Shown piece after piece: positions 1 through 10,143 of a stretch of DNA of 64,000 bases. The stretch spans positions 3,596,001-3,660,000 of the forward strand of contig OX337228.1 of assembly GCA_946965045.2 (NCBI GenBank), written 5' to 3'. How positions within the stretch are numbered: the stretch's first letter is position 1; every line of letters begins with the position of its first letter. The notes under the pieces were generated by a model that searched no databases, was not told the DNA's origin, and saw only the letters and a list, made by a program, of their open reading frames with translations. Made by a program: the position numbers and the translations under genes. This DNA comes from Epithemia pelagica. Its lineage: Eukaryota; Protista; Bacillariophyta.

Positions 1-2
1 GT

Positions 3-428
3 GTATTGGGCGGCGGATTCAACGCCTTCGGCTACCACCCAATGGACATTGGGACGCATTCCCTTCGGTCAGGAGCAGCCATGGCTCTCTTCCTGGCTGA
101 TTGTTCCGTCGTCAAGATCATGATTCTTGGTCGATGGAGCTCGACCGCCTTCATGAAATATATCCGACCACAGGTTCTTGAATGGACCACGGGCATGGCC
201 CAATTAATGCTCAACACCACCGACTTTCGGCATGTTGACAACTCAACAACAGCTTCCCGCATCGCCTCCTTGGAACAACTGCGGAACCGACTCGACAACC
301 TCGTTGATCCGGCCCTTCAAACGAACAGCGAGACTGCTCTCGAATCACCGGATGAAAACCTCTTTAACACCTTCAATGGCCAAGATCCCCAACATCACTT
401 CCCCACCACTCTCCATCTCGACTTCTAG
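3..428 (+). CDS. Tyrosine recombinase, C-terminal fragment (5' truncated by window edge)
   Basis: THSLRSGAA (HxxR box), LGRW, and MKYIRP (catalytic Tyr). Confidence 0.9.
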   Translation, partial: VLGGGFNAFGYHPMDIGTHSLRSGAAMALFLADCSVVKIMILGRWSSTAFMKYIRPQVLEWTTGMAQLMLNTTDFRHVDNSTTASRIASLEQLRNRLDNLVDPALQTNSETALESPDENLFNTFNGQDPQHHFPTTLHLDF

Positions 429-472
429 CCCAGCTGGACATCGTTGGATTGTAATATCGGGTTTGATGGTAG

Positions 473-645
473 TGGAGCCATTTTTGGTTTCAGAGGCCTT
501 CGGCAAAACTATGTGTCTATCGTTTAGATTTAGCATCTTGTTTACAAATCTCAACGGACCAAGTTTTCGGTGACAGAACCGACTGCGATCTCTCGGACAG
601 ACCGAAACGGCACGTGCCAAGGATGTTTGTCGTAGTGTCTCTTCG
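473..645 (+). repeat. B1 repeat of first YR element (173 bp)
   Basis: Matches 916-1088 with one mismatch seen (C534 vs A977). Confidence 0.95.
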
Positions 646-915
646 GTGTCTGTACTGGGTGGAGTGACGTGGCCGATGCTGGCCAGACTCCGCGACCGAC
701 AACAGAGGTGCGACTGCTCCGCCTCCTCGACGCGAGGCGAGCATCCGATTTGATTCCCACAATCGGAAGTTTTAGGATGACCCTGATGCAGAGTCGTTGG
801 AGCGTGAGAAGAGCTCACTCTTCTTGGGTTCAGCATCTTTGCAACGACTACGAGACGAGTTCGAGATCGCAACGATTCTAGTTAGCTAATCTTAAAATTT
901 CCCCCCCCCCCGCCC

Positions 916-1088
916 TGGAGCCATTTTTGGTTTCAGAGGCCTTCGGCAAAACTATGTGTCTATCGTTTAGATTTAGAATCTTGTTTACAAATCTCAACGG
1001 ACCAAGTTTTCGGTGACAGAACCGACTGCGATCTCTCGGACAGACCGAAACGGCACGTGCCAAGGATGTTTGTCGTAGTGTCTCTTCG
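916..1088 (+). repeat. B2 repeat of first YR element (terminal)
   Basis: Copy of 473-645, preceded by the C-rich linker 901-915. Confidence 0.95.
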
Positions 1089-1119
1089 AATCGATATGGG
1101 TAACCAGTAGCCATCAAAA

Positions 1120-2506
1120 CCCTCGGTATCAGTGTCCACTGCTTAGCTGTTTTTTGTCTGTGCCACCTTCATAGGTTCCCAAGTGGACACAGACAGAAAA
1201 TTTCACTTTTCGTCTGTCCTTTTCACCAATATGGTTCCTCGTGCTGGTGGAAATGCCGGCGTGCAAGTGACAGTTGGCCGTTAGCATCTTCCTGTGACCT
1301 TCAAATTTGGAATCCTTTCACACGACTCTCGTCTCGTCACAAAAATCTCACGCGGTGTCAAAAACATCGACATTGACCATGAAACAAGCTCTTTCCGAAT
1401 CCTTGCGACCTGAAGCAGTATTTTGGTTTTTCTCTCCTGTTGCTTGTTGTTTGTCTCTTAGCTTCTTTCATGTCCTGCATAGTTTTCTCACACGTTATCT
1501 CATTAATCTTTGTCCCTGTTAATGTTGATGCTTGGTGCTCCTTTGATTTTGTCGCAATGAAATGGAGGACAAGTCATTGTAGGCCGTTTGCCACAACTTC
1601 TCCTTGCTTTAATCGTAGTGCTGTTTGATTGTTGGTTGGTTGTGTTCTTATTTTTGTAGCATGTTTTTTTACTCTCATCATTGTGCTTCGCCCATCTCCA
1701 TGTCGACCACAGATCAAGAACCTTTCGTTGTGTGTCGGATACTCAAGTACCTAGACCTAGAGATGACGACAAACTGAGGCAGCTTGTTGCCACTAGGCCT
1801 ACTCAATCTAGTCTTCATAGATCACAGAGTCGATCAGATATGCTTCAAGATGGTCTCAAACCTACACCAGAGTGTCATGGTTGTTGAAAGCACGGCAATA
1901 ACACGCACGATCTTACAAAATCTATGAAAGATTAGAACTAAACTTCTGATAGAAACTCCTAAAATACTCCTACAAAGAAATGAAGCTCTATGTGGTCTCC
2001 AATTTTAAGCCGAGGCTCGAATGGAGAATTGGCATTCCATAGGCACAAACATTCACTCTCAATGAAGTGGACAGAGAGAGAGACAGTTGTCGAATGTCGA
2101 ATATCAGAAGAGAAAAACGAATACAAGTGTGAGGGAGAACTTAGAATGACAGTACAAGAACTGTTGTTGTCATGGAAACATTTTTGTACGTTCAAACTTA
2201 CCTCAATTGCATGAAAGGCGACAATTCATGCCATGCCATTGTGGGTGATGGCCTCTGTATGATTTTATGGGGGATTTGGATGGCGCATTCTGCAAAGACC
2301 AACCAACCGTCATCCACGCAGGGCCGCTTGCTGGGCATGCGTCTGATTCATGAACTGCGAAAACTCCAGCTGTGTATGCGTGCCAATTTGCAATTTAGTC
2401 ATTTCCATTTGCGTCAAAAAGGAAATTTTCTGTCTGTGTCCACTTGGGAACCTATGAAGGTGGCACAGACAAAAAACAGCTAAGCAGTGGACACTGATAC
2501 CGAGGG
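1120..2506. mobile_element. Non-autonomous DNA transposon (1387 bp) with perfect 85-bp terminal inverted repeats
   Basis: 1120-1204 (CCCTCGGTATCAGTGTCCAC...GAAAATTTC) is the exact reverse complement of 2422-2506. No credible internal ORF. Flanks AA|...|AA allow a possible 2-bp TSD. Confidence 0.9.
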
Positions 2507-3753
2507 AATCAGTAATCAGTACGAGATGTAATCAGACATCCGACTTGCTTGCAACCAAATAATATTGTATATCTTACACCTCCTACTCGTACGAGTAAGG
2601 AAAATCGTACTACAAGCTGAGTTCAGACAGAATGTTCCTGTCGTAGCGCTCCAGTAGGAAATCTACGTATTTCGCGCCAGCCATCCACTTAATATAGCCC
2701 TTCTTATCCTTCTTATCTTGCCTCTCTTGTGAAAAGTGTGCTTCCGAAACATCTCGACTCTAGAGAAAAACTTCGTCTTTTGTACGAGACTATCGTGCGT
2801 GGGGTGCGTCCGATGATCGTGTCATTGCGGATGATGCCAACCGTTCGAGATGTTGCCCCATTGGTGGTGGTCCAACGACACCCCAAGGGAGCTGGGTGCA
2901 ACATCTTGAACGGTTGGGATGGCCCTCCACCATGGTCAACAGTCAACCGTTTTTTGTAATTTTTACGAAATTCTAGCGTTCGGAAGAAATCACACACAAC
3001 ACTCTGGATAACAAAATATTAATTTAAGCCACTGGGAAGTCGCGAGTCGGTCACAAACGCTTTCGAGGATTGTTCTTCTGGTACTAATTATACAGGGGTC
3101 TACGACAGGAACATACTCCCTGAACTCAGCTTGTAGTAGAAAACAGCAAACAACAAACGCTAATGCATAGAGTGCATACTCGAAAATATCCCTCATTGTT
3201 ACCTTTTGCTACTAGCTAGAGCTCTACTACTCGTAGTAGTGCGAACTGCGACGCTACCTAAAAAAAACTTCTCCTACTCCTACTCGCTAGCTACGCCTTA
3301 TTGTAGCTGGAGTTTTCGGCACTGATGAATGAGCGATCTACCTTGCGCGTCGTTCGTGGCTTGGCAGTGTGGGTGATCGTCGCTAGTTGCCCCAGTTCCA
3401 TAGAGTAATTGGCAGCGCAGAAAGGTTTGCGTCCAGTGGTCTACCTAGGACCTAGGAAAGGACCTGGAAGTCCGAATCGGTCTCAAAGCATTACTCGCAT
3501 CCTCTTCTAATTTGCTCTGACTATAGATGTCACGGAACCACACATCAGATGATATCAGTACTATCCAAACATATCTCTACGATACAACATGATCACTCTT
3601 GCTCTCTTCCAACACAATCCCACTCTTGCTTCTATCACACGAGCAAGCACTTTGACATACATCATACATCCCCCAAATGGGCTTGGACATTAGACTTTCG
3701 GGCCAAACCCAGAACAAGCAGAAATTATCTTCGAATCTGAATCAACGTCTGCA

Positions 3754-5019
3754 TCATGATGGTTCATCGTCCTCATCATCATCCTCTTCTTGTCGTTTCT
3801 CAGAGTCTGGTTTCTCTTGTTGTTGCTGTTTATGATTGAATTCATCCATTTCTTTCCGGTAGCGTTGCATATCAACCGCTGCCTTATCTTTGTACTTAGT
3901 CAGTGTTTCTCCTTCAATTTTCTTCCATTGTGCTGATATAACTTGAGCCATTTCAGCAAATCCTATCCCGCTCCTCTTCTTTTTCCTGTCATTTTCTTGG
4001 CTCGGCGCTTTCTTTTTGTCTTCGCTACTAGCCTCGCTCTCTTCATCCTCTCCGGTTCCTTGTGCAGCAAGCATCTTAGCGCGCTCATCTTTGAAAAACA
4101 GATTATATGCTGACAAGGGTCGCTTCGGTTTTCCAACTTTCCGTTGAAACTTTCTTTGCTTTACTTTCTTCTTTGGCTGATCTTTCACGACAGCCGAGGG
4201 AGATGACGTCGTATTACCAGAAGACGGCAACGCCGAATGTGAATGTGGACCTTGTGGATAACCATACCCCGAAGCCGGGTGGAAATAATGTGGAGGGTAC
4301 TGGCTCTGACTAAATTGCTGCCCAGACGAGTTGTGTTGAGCTCCTGGGTGTGTCGGAAAGCCTTGGTGGTAAGACTGAATGAATGGCGAAGTTGATGGAT
4401 ACGACATGTTTTGATACGGACCACCGTGATGATGATCCCACTGAGGGTGTGCAGGTTGGCGCCCGGTTAAATGAGAACTCATATGAGCGTAAGATGGTTG
4501 GTTCATCTGACTCATGGGTGGACCAACACTCGGTCCGGGCTGTTGTGACGCGGGAGGGTAAGCCGTGAGAGGAGACGGCCCTTTATATCCGTAGTGTGAA
4601 TGTTGTGGCTGTGGATTGCTGGCATACTCAATGGCAGGAGGACGATGCTGGTTCGATGAGTAGTACATGTTGGAGCCGTCCAGTTGATTTTGTGGATGAG
4701 AATACTGATAAGCGCTGTCTTCGTTGTTTGGATCGTAATCATGAACCAACTGAGAGCGTTGATCCGGATCTCTCGGGGTCTCCGAATACTCGTGATTGCC
4801 GCGATAACTTTGGTAATGCAGCGGAGATGACGGCACTGGTCCTTCAGGGTTACGTTCCATTGGCCCGCCCGGAAAGAAATGGCTCGACATGTGGTCTACC
4901 GCAACAGCACCTGGAGCTTCGGTCCCTCTTTCGCTTGAAGCTGGCCCTGCATAGCTCTGACTATACAACCATGGCGCGTTGCCTCCCATTGATCCTGGGT
5001 ATTGCTCCTGTCCATCCAT
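3754..5019 (-). CDS. HMG-box protein (421 aa)
   Basis: PKRPLSAYNLFFKDERAKM...GFAEMAQVISAQWKKI...YKDKAAVDMQRYRKEM after a long Q/P/S/H-rich N-terminus. Confidence 0.92.
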   Translation of the reverse strand: MDGQEQYPGSMGGNAPWLYSQSYAGPASSERGTEAPGAVAVDHMSSHFFPGGPMERNPEGPVPSSPLHYQSYRGNHEYSETPRDPDQRSQLVHDYDPNNEDSAYQYSHPQNQLDGSNMYYSSNQHRPPAIEYASNPQPQHSHYGYKGPSPLTAYPPASQQPGPSVGPPMSQMNQPSYAHMSSHLTGRQPAHPQWDHHHGGPYQNMSYPSTSPFIQSYHQGFPTHPGAQHNSSGQQFSQSQYPPHYFHPASGYGYPQGPHSHSALPSSGNTTSSPSAVVKDQPKKKVKQRKFQRKVGKPKRPLSAYNLFFKDERAKMLAAQGTGEDEESEASSEDKKKAPSQENDRKKKRSGIGFAEMAQVISAQWKKIEGETLTKYKDKAAVDMQRYRKEMDEFNHKQQQQEKPDSEKRQEEDDDEDDEPS

Positions 5020-7602
5020 CGAACAGTCGACAATTTACAAATTGTCGGGATAGGTCCAGGCTGACCACTTGGTTGCCAATCCGGAAAAGGGAGAAGATAG
5101 GCAACTATGAAAGGAGGCGAAGGAAGATAACTTGGACAAGATAGGTCGGTTGAGTTGTTAAGCGAGTTTAAGCAAAATGCACGAACCGGCGCTTTGCACC
5201 ATACATGTGAGGCAAAATCTATAGCCTTTTCGAGAGCAAGCCTTCAACCAGAAACCAGAACCTGACATGCGAAAGAATAGATAAGCCTGGAGCCCAAGGC
5301 TTGAGTTAAAAATTCACATATTACAATAGCTAAGCTCGTGTGGCTGTTATATACACTAACTAATCGTAAACGACATACCCTCCGACTAGATGTCCGCTTC
5401 TTAGCTCGTCTGTTCGGGCAAGACAAACCCAATCTCACAGACAAAAAAATGAATGGAAATTTCACATCCATCGGTGGAAAGGCTGGCGTGATGTGACAGC
5501 TGGAAGATGGCAGGCGTTCTGCTCAACAAGACTCAAAATAGTGTTCTCAGTGAGATCACGGGTCACAAAATCGTTTTGTTGGCATGCTTCGTCCCTGGCC
5601 ATCTCATCTCATCTTTGTCACTGCACATCCATCATGGTAAGTTCTGGAATGGCTAATACTTGCATTGGAATGGACAATGTTTAGTTGTAGGCTCTCACTA
5701 CGTTGCCAGTTGCCATAGTGTGTCATTTGTTTGTGCCATGTAACATCCATTTTGGTCGATGCCATGTGGGGCTGCTGGCATCATTTGTAGGATTCTTATA
5801 GAACAAAATAGAGCTATAGACCTCAATTAGGAGTAGGTAGGATAAGTGGAGGAAGCCATCCATTTTTCCTCTGCTGTCGCTCAGTTTGGGTCTTTTGTGG
5901 ATTGTGATGTCGACCTGCTCCTGTTGTTCTTTTTTTGTTACCATGAGCATGACTTGTCTTTCCCAGCAGTGCAGGGGACTCTACACTCTATATGCTCCAT
6001 AACGCAACTAGAAAGAGACGTATTCTAAAATAGGACTGTATGTGGTTGCAAAGAGACAAGCCTACGGCAACGGCACGGTGTTGTGGAGGAGGGTCCACTT
6101 TTAAACGGACACAAACACTAGAAACAACCACACTTCTCCTAGAAAAAAACAAAGAAAGGATGGGGTAGAGCAAAACACTATCTATGGTCTATATGTCAAA
6201 TGTCCATGGTGTGCAGATGATAGAGAATGCATTGTGATGGTGCATGTCCATTATCCATGTCAAAAGGTGCGTAGTGAAAATAATGTGGGTCGCAACTTGG
6301 GACGACAATCAAGAATGGGGAAGACCAACGGTCAAAGTGCGCACGCCTGCTCACAAAATTTCAAAACGGTGATCCAGAAGGCCGGTGTGATCATTTTCAT
6401 TTTGACCCGAAATTTTCTTCAAAAACGCAAAAAAACCAAAATTAAAATGGTTGGTCGCGGAGAGCGGCTGGGGGGCTAAGAAGCGGACACCTAGTCGGAG
6501 GGTTGATAGTTGTCAATACATACAATAGAGACAATACAATAGCCGAACAATACTCCTTCCAAAACCCTAGCAGAATAAAGTTTAGTCGCGATGAGTCGAA
6601 TTCAGGAGCCATCAGTATTGAACTTACATACACCATTCAATCACGATCTCACAAGACTAAAACACGCTGGGAAGGAGATAAAAATTGACAGTCTCAAGTA
6701 TCTTGAGTATCGCCATTGTGTACTCCAGTCCCCAGCGGGATTCTCCGGTGTACTGTATTTTGTGACTTACAGAAGATACACCCTATAAGTCATTCTCGCT
6801 AGGGGGTGGTGTACGAGTACTCATACCTCATAAGGTTACTCGTCTACCGTCTACTCGTAATTAGCGATTATTGTTTGTCGCGCACGCAGAAAACGGAGCG
6901 CGAGCGAATTGAAAGAAATCCGCGAATCCGCGAATTGATTCTAGTACATAAGCCCTGTCGCCACGGTGCACGGTTCGCGCAAGTCGGAAGTCGGAGTTAC
7001 CAACAGAAAAACTAGTGGCGACCGGACAAAAAAGAAAGTACTCCTTGCATCATACTCCTACTTATACTCCTTTTTTTTAACGCCATTCGTAATCGAGTAG
7101 TAAATACACTACTCCGAAAAAGTCGAGTAGTAAATACACTATTGTACTCCCATATCTTCCTCTCTTTGTATGATACTCATTATTGACGTCATATCATTTT
7201 GAACCCTTTATTCTGGTAGATTTTGCCATTTGGAACATTTTGATATATGATATTGTACACCGATTCCTTCGTTATCGCTCTCGTCCTCTCGTTTGAAAGT
7301 TCAACAATTGTCCTCATTTTTGTTGTCTGACTCCAAAGGTCCATGTTTGATTGCTGATTTCTTTCTCCCGAAGTACAATCAAGTGCCAACCTTCTCCATT
7401 CTGCTTCGTAACATTACAACGAACTGAAATACAAAAGGCCATGTCGTCAGCTCCTTCCGATTCCATTGAAGATACGCAAACGTCCACAAGCGCCTATTCG
7501 CAACCTTTGCTTTACTCATCAACCCAAGACAACGAATCAAGCCAAGTGTCATCAGTGCCTGCTCCAGTCCCTACCCAACGTTCACGACAACCACCACTAA
7601 CC

Positions 7603-8019
7603 CGGTACTAGTTCCTCTCTCTTCTGAGGACACCGACCCTTCTCGTTCTCACATTCTTACACACTTAGAAAAACTATATTAAAGTACTTGACCAACGCTG
7701 GGGGGGTTATGGCCCCCCACCCATATCCGTAGGAAGGATCCGTAATCGCGCCACAGTCGCAGATCTCCAGAATCTGCTAAACTGTGTTTGCCGTGGGCGA
7801 GTGTGTCTCCAGACCAGAACCCCCACTCCTTATCCTCACAAAGTGAGACCGCATCCTCGAAATATCTTCGCAGCGATGCAGAAGTCAGCTGCAATGAGTT
7901 GCCACACTCAAGCAACCAACCGTGGAGAGAGACTTCCAGTCCATGAAACAGGCCAGCTGACGGACAACAAGCGACCTAGACATATACCACCGAGGTAGTA
8001 GTATAGCCGAGTCATCACC
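7603..8019 (-). repeat. B2 repeat (417 bp)
   Basis: Identical by eye to 8245-8661 (offset 642). Confidence 0.95.
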
Positions 8020-8033
8020 GGGCGGGCGGGTGG

Positions 8034-8246
8034 GCGAAAGAAGCGAATACACAGAACCAATGGGTGATCAAATCCTTGATGACTGTGCTCTTCTTCTTTC
8101 CAACAATTTATGATTGCTGAACTTTTGTTGGGACGGTCATAGGAATGACCATCCCAACCACTTCTTGCTCTTGAGATCTCACTGGGATCAATGTCCTCTT
8201 CATCGTTCGTCCGTCGGTCCCTTCTTGACCGGGGCGGTACGATGCG
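8034..8246 (-). repeat. A2 repeat (213 bp)
   Basis: Matches 16408-16620 with one mismatch (G8131 vs T16505). Confidence 0.95.
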
Positions 8247-8661
8247 GTACTAGTTCCTCTCTCTTCTGAGGACACCGACCCTTCTCGTTCTCACATTCTT
8301 ACACACTTAGAAAAACTATATTAAAGTACTTGACCAACGCTGGGGGGGTTATGGCCCCCCACCCATATCCGTAGGAAGGATCCGTAATCGCGCCACAGTC
8401 GCAGATCTCCAGAATCTGCTAAACTGTGTTTGCCGTGGGCGAGTGTGTCTCCAGACCAGAACCCCCACTCCTTATCCTCACAAAGTGAGACCGCATCCTC
8501 GAAATATCTTCGCAGCGATGCAGAAGTCAGCTGCAATGAGTTGCCACACTCAAGCAACCAACCGTGGAGAGAGACTTCCAGTCCATGAAACAGGCCAGCT
8601 GACGGACAACAAGCGACCTAGACATATACCACCGAGGTAGTAGTATAGCCGAGTCATCACC
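8245..8661 (-). repeat. B1 repeat (417 bp)
   Basis: Copy of 7603-8019; overlaps A2 by the dinucleotide CG. Confidence 0.95.
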
Positions 8662-8735
8662 CCGTTTGGTCTTTCCTTCAACCTTCGTATTTCTCATTCA
8701 TAATCCTCTTCCTCTCCTCCTTCTCCCTGATTTTC

Positions 8736-10142
8736 TTACAAGCCTTCAGAAAACTTAACCAACGCCTCGACTGAGGCCTTGGCGTCCGAGTATCGCTCGA
8801 TCATTGACATAGAAGGAAGTATCCCTCTTCCTTTCAGGTGTTTTTTCCATCGGTTATTCATTTCGATCGTATCTTTCGAAATGCCCCGGTTCTGCGCTTC
8901 CGTCGTAGCTCCTCTTCTGAATGAACGCCGAGTACTAAACACCTCCTCGACCTTTGTGCTCTCGACTATCAAGTGAGGGTGTCGGTGCTGTACCCTTTTC
9001 CAAAGGGCGTGAAACAGTAAGTCGAGATCTCCCACGGACGCACGCTTGATCTTGCCTTGTTTTGTAGAAATCCGAAACATCGGGCCCGACCTTATCTTGA
9101 CCTCATCGAGACTCCGTATTGCTCTTTCCAACCAGACTCTTATTTCAATGCCCGAACTTGTTCGATCGCACAGCGGTTGGATGTAAATCCGAAAGGTTCC
9201 GCTCGTCTGTTTGAAACGTCCAGCAAGAGCCAACGGTACGTGTCTTTTTCGTTGGTAATTGAGTCCTTCTTCCCAATATTTCCTCATCAATCCCACATCA
9301 ATTTGTGGGATCTCTTCTCCTCGTAGAGCAGCTGCGAATCCAACCACAACCAAGGCACCCGTCAACGCCACCTCCCGCTTTCTCTGACCAGTGACACCAC
9401 CTTGCCATTCTTCTTCGAGGATTGCCAGCCCAGCCAAGATCTCATCCAAAGTTACGGCCTGATCCGGAATCCAAACATCTCCCATGCGACGATGGCAGCC
9501 TGCCATAAATCGTCGGAACCAGTAGGAGTTTGTTGAACTGGCGCTAAAAAACAATCCACCTCTGTCCCCTTGGCCCACGGCCGACAATCCACTTCCTCCT
9601 GGCAGCGTATGGCAGAAATTGGAGACCACAGACCGAACCTTCCTGGCCGTCTCAAATTGAATCCGTTTTGAGTTCCGACCTTCTCGTAAAGTTTTCATCA
9701 ACATAAGGCACGCCACATTCAATCCTTGCGTGTCTCCAAGCGGCATTGGGCCTCTATTCGGAAGAGGGTGATCCAAACCTATCGTGTTCCCGATTTCCAG
9801 CAGCCCTTTCATCTCTCTCCAGTTTTTCTCTACCGTGCTCCTTTCTCGCGACCAAAACGCATCCAAGTTCGCCCGTCGAATACACAACATCAAAATCTTG
9901 TCTTGCTCTCGATCCGCAGCGAATCGCCCTTGCAAGTTGTAAAAGGAGCATTCGTCGCATTGGAAAGGACACATCAGGTCGTCCCCGACTCTCGCCTCCT
10001 GAAATCGCCTGGAGTCATCTTCCATCTCTCCATGCAACTCTTCGTCCAACAGAGCATCATCCAAATCTGCGGCTTCAAACACCGGGAAGGTATCATGTTC
10101 CAATTTGGCGTAACAACTTGCATGCCAAATGCTTTTGCACAT
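8736..10142 (-). CDS. Tyrosine recombinase of the retrotransposon (first ATG 10142; reading frame open back to ~10283)
   Basis: AALRGEE (Arg box), TRRSFRRGATTEA, NNRWKK, MIERYSD (Tyr); Cys-rich N-terminus. Confidence 0.88.
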   Translation of the reverse strand: MCKSIWHASCYAKLEHDTFPVFEAADLDDALLDEELHGEMEDDSRRFQEARVGDDLMCPFQCDECSFYNLQGRFAADREQDKILMLCIRRANLDAFWSRERSTVEKNWREMKGLLEIGNTIGLDHPLPNRGPMPLGDTQGLNVACLMLMKTLREGRNSKRIQFETARKVRSVVSNFCHTLPGGSGLSAVGQGDRGGLFFSASSTNSYWFRRFMAGCHRRMGDVWIPDQAVTLDEILAGLAILEEEWQGGVTGQRKREVALTGALVVVGFAAALRGEEIPQIDVGLMRKYWEEGLNYQRKRHVPLALAGRFKQTSGTFRIYIQPLCDRTSSGIEIRVWLERAIRSLDEVKIRSGPMFRISTKQGKIKRASVGDLDLLFHALWKRVQHRHPHLIVESTKVEEVFSTRRSFRRGATTEAQNRGISKDTIEMNNRWKKHLKGRGILPSMSMIERYSDAKASVEALVKFSEGL

Positions 10143-10143
10143 T

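Larger units (their letters stand above)
1..1088 (+). mobile_element. Right end of a tyrosine-recombinase retrotransposon with split direct repeats (YR 3' end, B1-A2-B2); left part lies outside the window
   Basis: YR C-terminal motifs at 3-428, then a 173-bp direct repeat (473-645 and 916-1088) separated by ~270 bp that ends in a C-rich run. This is the same layout as the complete element at 7603-16620. Confidence 0.85.

Noticed and set aside
2990-3196. 68-aa ORF with hydrophobic N-terminus
   Set aside because: No motif or other support; may be chance.
7679-7998. Duplicated small ORFs in the B repeats (78 aa and 65 aa)
   Set aside because: They are duplicated only because the repeat is duplicated, and have no recognisable motif.
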